64,000 bases of DNA from Escherichia phage BEU50. Shown in pieces: positions 56,160 to 64,000 of this stretch (within the stretch, counting starts at the first letter, position 1; each line of letters begins with the position of its first letter). The stretch lies in sequence record OM632671.1, one strand, 5' to 3'. A program made the translations under genes and the position numbers. Under the pieces are notes generated by a model, which saw nothing but the letters and a program-made list of their open reading frames with translations, did no database searches and had not been told where the DNA came from.

Positions 56160-57077
56160 ATGGATTTAGAAATGATGTTGGATGAAGATTACAAAGAAGG
56201 AATTTGCTTAATTGACTTTAGTCAGATTGCGCTTTCAACTGCTCTGGTAAACTTCCCAGATAAAGAAAAAATTAATTTATCAATGGTTCGTCATTTGATA
56301 TTGAACTCAATTAAGTTTAATGTCAAAAAAGCAAAAACGCTTGGATACACTAAAATTGTGCTGTGTATTGATAACGCGAAATCTGGATACTGGCGTCGTG
56401 ATTTTGCTTATTATTATAAGAAAAACCGTGGAAAAGCACGAGAAGAATCTACTTGGGACTGGGAAGGTTATTTTGAATCCAGCCATAAAGTTATAGATGA
56501 ATTGAAAGCTTATATGCCATACATTGTTATGGATATTGATAAGTATGAAGCAGATGACCACATTGCTGTTCTTGTTAAAAAGTTCTCTTTAGAAGGACAT
56601 AAGATTTTAATCATTTCATCGGATGGTGACTTTACACAGCTTCACAAATATCCAAATGTTAAGCAATGGTCACCGATGCATAAGAAATGGGTTAAAATTA
56701 AAAGCGGTTCTGCTGAAATTGACTGTATGACTAAAATCCTTAAAGGCGACAAAAAGGATAACGTTGCTTCAGTTAAAGTACGATCTGACTTTTGGTTTAC
56801 CAAAGTTGAAGGTGAACGGACTCCTTCAATGAAAACTTCAATCGTTGAAGCTATTGCTAATGATCGTGAGCAAGCTAAGGTGCTTCTCACAGAATCTGAA
56901 TATAATCGTTATAAAGAAAATTTAGTTCTAATTGATTTTGATTATATTCCTGATAATATTGCTTCAAACATTGTGAATTACTATAATTCATATAAATTAC
57001 CACCGCGTGGCAAAATTTATTCATATTTTGTAAAAGCGGGTCTTTCTAAATTAACTAATAGCATTAATGAATTTTGA
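56160..57077 (+). CDS. rnh: RNase H / 5'-3' flap exonuclease (rnh)
   Basis: MDLEMMLDEDYKEGICLIDFSQIA... matches T4 RNase H from memory; ATG at 56160 preferred over 56145. Confidence 0.9.
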   Translation: MDLEMMLDEDYKEGICLIDFSQIALSTALVNFPDKEKINLSMVRHLILNSIKFNVKKAKTLGYTKIVLCIDNAKSGYWRRDFAYYYKKNRGKAREESTWDWEGYFESSHKVIDELKAYMPYIVMDIDKYEADDHIAVLVKKFSLEGHKILIISSDGDFTQLHKYPNVKQWSPMHKKWVKIKSGSAEIDCMTKILKGDKKDNVASVKVRSDFWFTKVEGERTPSMKTSIVEAIANDREQAKVLLTESEYNRYKENLVLIDFDYIPDNIASNIVNYYNSYKLPPRGKIYSYFVKAGLSKLTNSINEF

Positions 57078-57085
57078 GGTGAATA

Positions 57086-57355
57086 ATGGCTAAAAAAGAA
57101 ATGGTTGAATTTGATGAAGCTATCCATGGCGAAGACTTGGCTAAATTTATTAAAGAAGCATCTGATCATAAACTGAAAATTTCCGGTTATAATGAACTGA
57201 TTAAAGATATTCGAATTCGTGCTAAAGATGAACTTGGCGTTGATGGTAAGATGTTTAATCGTCTATTAGCTTTGTATCATAAAGATAACCGTGATGTGTT
57301 TGAAGCTGAAACTGAAGAGGTAGTTGAACTTTATGACACAGTTTTCTCTAAATGA
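57086..57355 (+). CDS. dsbA: DsbA-like late transcription enhancer protein
   Basis: 89 aa; T4 position between rnh and 33. Confidence 0.5.
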   Translation: MAKKEMVEFDEAIHGEDLAKFIKEASDHKLKISGYNELIKDIRIRAKDELGVDGKMFNRLLALYHKDNRDVFEAETEEVVELYDTVFSK

Positions 57356-57671
57356 CATTCGTCCGGTCGATGAGACCGGTCTTTCAGAAAAAGAACTTTC
57401 AATTAAGAAAGAAAAGGATGAAATAGCAAAGCTTCTTGATCGTCAAGAAAATGGATTTATTATTGAAAAAATGGTAGAAGAGTTTGGAATGAGTTATCTT
57501 GAAGCTACAACAGCATTCTTAGAAGAAAATTCTATTCCTGAAACTCAATTTGCTAAATTTATTCCTTCGGGTATAATTGAAAAAATTCAGTCAGAAGCTA
57601 TTGACGAAAATCTTTTACGTCCTTCTGTTGTTCGTTGTGAAAAAACTAATACATTAGATTTTCTACTATGA
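57324..57671 (+). CDS. 33: Late transcription co-activator gp33-like
   Basis: About 112 aa; position immediately upstream of the gene 59 start; start may be ATG 57333. Confidence 0.5.
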   Translation: MNFMTQFSLNDIRPVDETGLSEKELSIKKEKDEIAKLLDRQENGFIIEKMVEEFGMSYLEATTAFLEENSIPETQFAKFIPSGIIEKIQSEAIDENLLRPSVVRCEKTNTLDFLL

Positions 57672-57727
57672 TTAAACTCCGCATGCCTGCTGGTGGTGAA
57701 AGATACATTGATGGTAAATCAGTTTAG
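57668..57727 (+). other. 59: 5' fragment of helicase loader gene 59 (first 19 codons then stop)
   Basis: [19 protein letters not shown] matches the gp59 N-terminus as recalled, followed immediately by TAG TGA. Confidence 0.55.
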
Positions 57728-57810
57728 TGAGTATTTTGATAATAAAATTTCTACAGTTAAAACTTCTTCTGATTGTTACTATGATATTACTGTTTTGACG
57801 GAAAAACAAT

Positions 57811-58137
57811 ATGTTGAATTATCACCGCGCGGGCCGTCTATGCCGGGTAGTGAATAAATATAAATCCGACTTTGATGTTAATATTCACCGTGGTACATTT
57901 TGGGGAAATTACGTCGGTAAAGATGCTGGCAGCCGGGAGGCTGCCATTGAATTATTCAAAAAAGATTTTATACGTCGAATTAAATCCGGAGAAATAACTA
58001 AAGCACATTTAGAGCCTTTACGTGGAATGAGGCTAGGATGCACATGTAAACCAAAGCCGTGTCATGGTGATATAATAGCTCATATAGTTAACCGACTGTT
58101 TAAAGACGATTTTCAAGTTGAGGACTTATGCAATTAA
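57811..58137 (+). CDS. Hypothetical Cys/His-rich protein (108 aa, DUF4326-like pattern)
   Basis: RGTFWGNY ... [18 protein letters not shown] pattern; overlaps nrdA start by 10 nt. Confidence 0.35.
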   Translation: MLNYHRAGRLCRVVNKYKSDFDVNIHRGTFWGNYVGKDAGSREAAIELFKKDFIRRIKSGEITKAHLEPLRGMRLGCTCKPKPCHGDIIAHIVNRLFKDDFQVEDLCN

Positions 58138-60392
58138 TTAATGTTATCAAAAGTAGTGGTGTTTCTCAGAGCTTTGACCCGCAAAAAATTATTAAAGTTT
58201 TATCTTGGGCAGCTGAAGGAACATCAGTAGATCCTTATGAATTATATGAAAATATTAAATCTTATCTCCGTGATGGAATGACAACTGATGATATTCAGAC
58301 TATTGTCATTAAGGCCGCTGCGAATTCTATTTCGGTTGAAGAGCCTGATTATCAATATGTAGCTGCACGCTGTTTAATGTTCGCTCTTCGTAAGCATGTT
58401 TATGGGCAGTATGAACCACGTTCATTTATTGACCATATTTCTTACTGCGTAAATGAAGGTAAATATGACCCTGAATTATTGTCAAAATATTCAGCAGAAG
58501 AAATTACATTTTTAGAATCAAAAATTAAGCACGAGCGGGATATGGAATTTACTTATTCCGGGGCGATGCAATTAAAAGAAAAATATCTAGTCAAAGATAA
58601 AACCACCGGTCAAATTTATGAAACTCCGCAGTTTGCATTTATGACTATTGGAATGGCATTGCATCAAGATGAACCTGTTGATAGACTAAAACACGTTATC
58701 CGTTTTTATGAAGCAGTATCCACTCGACAGATTTCATTGCCAACTCCTATTATGGCTGGTTGCCGTACTCCGACTCGACAGTTTAGTTCATGTGTTGTTA
58801 TTGAGGCAGGAGATTCATTGAAGTCTATCAATAAGGCTTCTGCTTCAATTGTTGAATATATCTCTAAACGCGCTGGAATTGGTATTAACGTTGGTATGAT
58901 TCGTGCCGAAGGTTCTAAGATTGGCATGGGTGAAGTACGCCATACTGGTGTTATTCCTTTTTGGAAACATTTTCAGACTGCAGTTAAATCATGTTCACAG
59001 GGTGGAATTCGTGGCGGCGCTGCTACTGCTTATTATCCTATTTGGCATTTGGAAGTTGAAAATCTTCTCGTTTTGAAAAATAACAAAGGCGTAGAAGAAA
59101 ACCGCATTCGTCATATGGATTATGGTGTTCAACTGAATGATTTGATGATGGAACGTTTTGGAAAGAACGATTACATTACTTTGTTCAGTCCCCATGAAAT
59201 GGGTGGAGAGCTTTATTATTCTTATTTTAAAGACCAAGACCGTTTCCGTGAATTATACGAAGCAGCAGAAAAAGACCCTAATATTCGTAAAAAGCGTATT
59301 AAAGCCCGTGAACTATTTGAATTGCTCATGACTGAACGTTCAGGAACAGCAAGGATTTATGTACAGTTCATTGATAATACGAATAACTATACTCCGTTTA
59401 TTCGTGAAAAGGCACCTATTCGTCAGAGTAACTTGTGCTGTGAAATTGCTATTCCAACAAATGATGTGAATAGTCCTGATGCTGAAATTGGATTGTGTAC
59501 TCTCTCTGCATTCGTACTAGATAATTTTGACTGGCAAGACCAAGATAAAATTAATGAATTGGCAGAAGTTCAAGTTCGTGCTCTTGATAATCTTTTGGAT
59601 TACCAAGGATATCCAGTTCCTGAAGCAGAAAAAGCTAAAAAGCGTCGTAACCTTGGCGTAGGTGTTACCAACTATGCAGCTTGGCTGGCAAGTAACTTTG
59701 CTTCTTATGAAGATGCTAACGATTTAACACATGAACTATTTGAGAGATTACAGTATGGACTCATTAAAGCATCCATTAAGCTCGCCAAAGAAAAAGGACC
59801 TTGCGAATATTATTCAGACACTCGTTGGTCTCGAGGCGAATTACCTATCGACTGGTACAATAAAAAGATTGACCAAATCGCAGCTCCAAAATACGTTTGT
59901 GACTGGTCGTCGCTGCGGGAAGACCTCAAGCTCTTTGGCATCCGTAATAGCACATTATCAGCACTTATGCCATGTGAGTCATCTTCCCAAGTTTCTAACA
60001 GTACAAACGGTATCGAGCCTCCACGTGGACCGGTAAGTGTTAAAGAATCAAAAGAGGGTTCCTTTAATCAAGTCGTGCCCAATATTGAGCATAACATAGA
60101 CCTCTATGATTATACGTGGAAATTAGCTAAGAAAGGTAATAAACCTTATCTTACGCAGGTAGCTATTATGCTGAAATGGGTATGTCAATCAGCTTCAGCG
60201 AATACATACTATGACCCGCAAATTTTTCCAAAAGGAAAGGTTCCAATGTCAATAATGATTGATGACATGCTATATGGATGGTATTATGGCATTAAAAATT
60301 TCTATTATCATAATACCCGTGATGGTTCTGGTACTGATGATTATGAAATAGAAACTCCAAAAGCTGAAGATTGTTCATCCTGTAAATTATGA
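58128..60392 (+). CDS. nrdA: Aerobic ribonucleotide reductase large subunit NrdA
   Basis: 754 aa; class Ia active-site motifs (SNLCCEIA, catalytic Cys/Glu region, C-terminal CxxC tail ...CSSCKL). Confidence 0.9.
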   Translation: MQLINVIKSSGVSQSFDPQKIIKVLSWAAEGTSVDPYELYENIKSYLRDGMTTDDIQTIVIKAAANSISVEEPDYQYVAARCLMFALRKHVYGQYEPRSFIDHISYCVNEGKYDPELLSKYSAEEITFLESKIKHERDMEFTYSGAMQLKEKYLVKDKTTGQIYETPQFAFMTIGMALHQDEPVDRLKHVIRFYEAVSTRQISLPTPIMAGCRTPTRQFSSCVVIEAGDSLKSINKASASIVEYISKRAGIGINVGMIRAEGSKIGMGEVRHTGVIPFWKHFQTAVKSCSQGGIRGGAATAYYPIWHLEVENLLVLKNNKGVEENRIRHMDYGVQLNDLMMERFGKNDYITLFSPHEMGGELYYSYFKDQDRFRELYEAAEKDPNIRKKRIKARELFELLMTERSGTARIYVQFIDNTNNYTPFIREKAPIRQSNLCCEIAIPTNDVNSPDAEIGLCTLSAFVLDNFDWQDQDKINELAEVQVRALDNLLDYQGYPVPEAEKAKKRRNLGVGVTNYAAWLASNFASYEDANDLTHELFERLQYGLIKASIKLAKEKGPCEYYSDTRWSRGELPIDWYNKKIDQIAAPKYVCDWSSLREDLKLFGIRNSTLSALMPCESSSQVSNSTNGIEPPRGPVSVKESKEGSFNQVVPNIEHNIDLYDYTWKLAKKGNKPYLTQVAIMLKWVCQSASANTYYDPQIFPKGKVPMSIMIDDMLYGWYYGIKNFYYHNTRDGSGTDDYEIETPKAEDCSSCKL

Positions 60393-60443
60393 TATAATTT
60401 GACTCATGGACGAGTCACTATCTATTAACTAAGTGGAAAATTT

Positions 60444-61100
60444 ATGAGCACAGTTTTTAATACAAACCCAGTTGATGTTTTAAAAGAACCTATGTTTTTT
60501 GGTTCAGGTCTTGGTATTGCGCGTTATGATATTCAACGCCATAAAGTTTTTGAAGATTTGACCGAAAAGCAATTGTCATTTTTCTGGCGTCCTGAAGAAG
60601 TAAACTTAATGATGGATGCTGCACAGTTTAATAAGCTTCCTCAGTATCAGCAAAATATTTTTACTAATAACCTGAAGTATCAATCACTTTTGGATAGCAT
60701 TCAGGGTCGTGCGCCATCTGCTGTACTTATGTCATTAATTTCAGACCCGAGTCTTGATACATGGGTTGCTACATGGACTTTTAGTGAAACTATTCACAGC
60801 CGTTCATATACACATATCATGCGAAATCTTTATACTGATCCATCGAAGGTATTTGATGAGATTGTATTAGATGAAGCTATTATGAAACGTGCTGAATCTA
60901 TCGGTCGCTATTATGATGATGTTCTGATTAAAACCCGTGAATGGGAAAATGCTAAAGAATTTGTAGAACTAGCTAAAGAATCTCCTGATGCTGTCTTTCG
61001 TTTAAACCGAGCTATTAAACAAGAAGCCGAAGCTAAACGTGCTTTAATGAAATCTCTTTACCTCTGTTTGCACGTTATTAATGCCTTAGAAGCATTCGTT
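60444..61100 (+). CDS. nrdB: Ribonucleotide reductase small subunit NrdB, exon 1 (3' boundary approximate)
   Basis: R2 di-iron motifs (WATWTFSETIHSRSY, LYLCLHVINALEA); reading frame then enters the intron and stops at 61133. Confidence 0.75.
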
Positions 61101-61228
61101 TTTATGTATCTTTTGCGTAAAATGCGCCTTTAAACGGTAACGTTTATCGAAAACTCCTTTAATTGCTGGAAAGTCCTTTATAGGAAAACTAGCAGCCAAG
61201 GTTTTGCTTGCACCTTTAATTAGTATAA

Positions 61229-61236
61229 TATAAATA
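61229..61236 (+). promoter_or_regulatory. Late promoter TATAAATA inside the intron, upstream of the endonuclease ORF
   Basis: Exact octamer 27 nt upstream of the ORF start. Confidence 0.45.
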
Positions 61237-61263
61237 TGGTTATACTTTTAAGAGGATGCACAA

Positions 61264-62073
61264 TTGAACTATAGAAAAATTTGGATAGATGCTAACGGAC
61301 CTATACCTAAAGATTCTGATGGAAGAACATACGAAATCCATCATAAAGACGGTAACCGTGAAAATAATGATTTAGATAATTTGATGTGCCTTTCTATACA
61401 GGAACATTATGATATACATTTAGCTCAAAAAGATTACCAGGCTTGTCATGCTATAAAGCTTAGAATGAAATATTCTCCTGAAGAAATTTCTGAATTAGCT
61501 TCTAAAGCCGCAAAATCTAGAGAAATCCAGATTTTTAATATCCCTGAAGTACGAGCTAAAAATATTGCCTCTATTAAATCTAAGATAGAAAATGGTACAT
61601 TTCATCTTTTAGATGGTGAAATACAGCGTAAATCTAATTTAAATAGAGTTGCATTAGGTATACATAATTTTCAACAAGCTGAGCATATTGCAAAAGTTAA
61701 AGAACGCAATATTGCAGCTATAAAAGAAGGTACTCATGTATTTTGCGGTGGTAAAATGCAGTCAGAAACTCAATCAAAACGGGTAAATGACGGTTCACAT
61801 CATTTCTTATCAGAAGACCATAAGAAAAGAACATCAGCAAAAACATTAGAAATGGTTAAGAACGGGACCCATCCTGCACAAAAAGAAATCACATGTGATT
61901 TTTGTGGTCACATTGGTAAAGGTCCTGGATTTTATCTAAAACATAATGACAGATGTAAATTAAATCCAAATAGAATTCAATTGAATTGTCCATATTGTGA
62001 TAAGAAAGATTTATCACCATCAACATATAAACGATGGCACGGCGACAATTGCAAAACAAGGTTCAACGACTAG
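61264..62073 (+). CDS. Intron-encoded HNH homing endonuclease (I-TevIII-like), TTG start
   Basis: HNH motif YEIHHKDGNRENNDLDNLMCLSIQEHYDIH; C-terminal zinc ribbons CDFCGH ... CPYCDK ... WHGDNC; no in-frame ATG, start is TTG after RBS AAGAGGA. Confidence 0.75.
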   Translation: MNYRKIWIDANGPIPKDSDGRTYEIHHKDGNRENNDLDNLMCLSIQEHYDIHLAQKDYQACHAIKLRMKYSPEEISELASKAAKSREIQIFNIPEVRAKNIASIKSKIENGTFHLLDGEIQRKSNLNRVALGIHNFQQAEHIAKVKERNIAAIKEGTHVFCGGKMQSETQSKRVNDGSHHFLSEDHKKRTSAKTLEMVKNGTHPAQKEITCDFCGHIGKGPGFYLKHNDRCKLNPNRIQLNCPYCDKKDLSPSTYKRWHGDNCKTRFND

Positions 62074-62192
62074 TCTTCGGACGTAGGGTCAAGCGACTCG
62101 AAATGGGGAGAATCCCTCCGGGATTGTGATATAGTCTGGACTGCATGGTAACATGCAGCAGTTCATAAGAGAACGGGTTGAGAATTAGCGAG

Positions 62193-62711
62193 CTCAATCG
62201 AACATACGGTACCTTTAACTTCCATAAAAATATGGAAATTATGGAAGGTAATGCAAAGATTATGAAGTTCATTGCTCGTGACGAACAACTCCACCTCAAG
62301 GGTACTCAGTACATTATCCGTCAACTTCAATCTGGTACTGATGGTGATGAGTGGGTTCAAATTGCTAAAGAATGTGAACAAGAAGCAGTTGACATTTTTA
62401 TGGAAGTAAATAGTCAAGAGAAGGAATGGGCTGCACACCTCTTTAAAGACGGTACATGTCCAGGTATCAATACGCAGAGTATGTGTGCTTTTGTTGATTA
62501 CTTGACTGTGTCTCGTATGAAACAGTGTGGTTTGCCATGCCCAATCACTGATGCTCCGACCAAGCATCCGTATCCTTGGATTCGTGAATATCTGAACTCT
62601 GATTTAGTTCAAGCCGCTCCTCAGGAAGTTGAAATCAGTTCTTATCTTGTCGCACAAATTGATAATGATGTAGACCAAAATGTAATCAATTCATACAAAA
62701 AATATTTCTAA
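62193..62711 (+). CDS. nrdB: NrdB exon 2 (5' boundary approximate)
   Basis: FNFHKNMEIMEGNAKIMKFIARDEQLHL continues the R2 sequence (compare E. coli [28 protein letters not shown]). Confidence 0.75.
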   Translation, partial: LNRTYGTFNFHKNMEIMEGNAKIMKFIARDEQLHLKGTQYIIRQLQSGTDGDEWVQIAKECEQEAVDIFMEVNSQEKEWAAHLFKDGTCPGINTQSMCAFVDYLTVSRMKQCGLPCPITDAPTKHPYPWIREYLNSDLVQAAPQEVEISSYLVAQIDNDVDQNVINSYKKYF

Positions 62712-62715
62712 GGAC

Positions 62716-62737
62716 GGGACTTCGGTCCCACTTTATT
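62716..62737 (+). terminator. Stem-loop GGGAC-UUCG-GUCCC after nrdB
   Basis: Same hairpin core as at 5001..5018; followed by ACUUUAUU. Confidence 0.4.
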
Positions 62738-63148
62738 ATGAAAGATATTGCCGCCGAATATTCCTTTATTAAATATACAGAATTGGAGCTATTAGAAGAT
62801 GCAACAATTAAAACAGTTGATGTCCCTAATAAGAAAAATGTCATATACGCTATTGCTATAGATGACGAACTTGTGTATATTGGTAAAACCAAGAATTTAA
62901 AGAAACGCATTAACTATTATCGAACAGCCATAAATCGAAAAGACCAGACTTCAGATTCAAGAAAATCACTTATGATTTTGGATGCCTTAATGCAAGGCAA
63001 AAAGGTTGAATTCTGGGCCCGCCAATGTTTTGACCTTTCAGTCACCAACGAACTTGGTTCAATGACCATCGCAACAATGGACCTTGAAGAACCACTTTTT
63101 ATCAAAAAGTTCAACCCGCCTTGGAATATCCAACATAAGAAAAAGTAG
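62738..63148 (+). CDS. denA: Endonuclease II (DenA), GIY-YIG family
   Basis: 136 aa; VIYAIAIDDELVYIGKTKNLKKRINYY; T4 position between nrdB and rnlA. Confidence 0.65.
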   Translation: MKDIAAEYSFIKYTELELLEDATIKTVDVPNKKNVIYAIAIDDELVYIGKTKNLKKRINYYRTAINRKDQTSDSRKSLMILDALMQGKKVEFWARQCFDLSVTNELGSMTIATMDLEEPLFIKKFNPPWNIQHKKK

Positions 63149-63177
63149 TTTACATACCACAAGGATTGTGGTACAAT
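63148..63177 (+). promoter_or_regulatory. Early promoter (GTTTACA, 18 nt, TACAAT) for rnlA
   Basis: Upstream of the rnlA ATG. Confidence 0.4.
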
Positions 63178-63195
63178 TTAAAAAAAACTAACTGA

Positions 63196-64000
<805 letters not shown>

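Larger units (their letters stand above)
61101..62192 (+). mobile_element. Group I self-splicing intron in nrdB (boundaries within about 10 nt), carrying an HNH homing endonuclease ORF
   Basis: nrdB split into two in-frame pieces; intron-type elements GTTCAACGACTAG (62061..62073), GATATAGTC (62128..62136) and a GUAA-loop hairpin (62141..62158); T4-family nrdB is known to carry such an intron. Confidence 0.65.

Noticed and set aside
57728-57855. Possible 3' end of td (thymidylate synthase) upstream of nrdA, in the frame ending at 57855
   Set aside because: Translation ([42 protein letters not shown]) has no thymidylate synthase C-terminal features; left unassigned

Overview
This window is DNA from a T4-like (Tevenvirinae) myovirus whose DNA polymerase I recognise from memory as essentially phage RB69 gp43 (not a database hit). 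It is densely coding, AT-rich, with no rRNA, tRNA or CRISPR array found. It reads as four blocks that are not adjacent in T4-like genomes. Block A (1 to about 39,370, plus strand) is the early replication/recombination region in reverse T4 map order: 46 (3' part), an HNH endonuclease (minus), 45.2, rpbA, 45, 44, 62, regA, 43, an inserted sugar-nucleotide gene cluster, 42, two unknown genes at the beta-glucosyltransferase locus, uvsX, 40, 41, small accessory genes (Imm-like, Sp-like, lipoprotein), 61, 56, soc, a ModB/ModA-like ADP-ribosyltransferase pair, dda, dexA, three tandem paralogues, fused 60+39 topoisomerase, an HNH endonuclease, a GT-B glycosyltransferase and rIIA. Block B (about 39,370 to 50,203) holds a GrcA-like glycyl-radical gene fragment, regB, a secreted transglycosylase-like protein, a macro-domain protein, tk, nrdC, gene 49, a GIY-YIG endonuclease and the 5' part of nrdD. 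Block C (about 50,203 to 57,725) holds the first 45 codons of gene 37 and genes 36, 35, 34 on the minus strand, then rnh, dsbA, 33 and the first 19 codons of gene 59. Block D (about 57,725 to 64,000) holds nrdA, nrdB split by a group I intron carrying an HNH endonuclease ORF, denA and the 5' part of rnlA. The main candidate for a new system is the cluster between genes 43 and 42 (arabinose-5-phosphate isomerase-like, HAD phosphatase, bifunctional nucleotidyltransferase/kinase, Cys-rich protein) together with the glycosyltransferase near rIIA, which I infer makes and transfers an NDP-pentose onto hydroxymethylcytosine. All identifications are from reading the translations against remembered family motifs; no searches were run.
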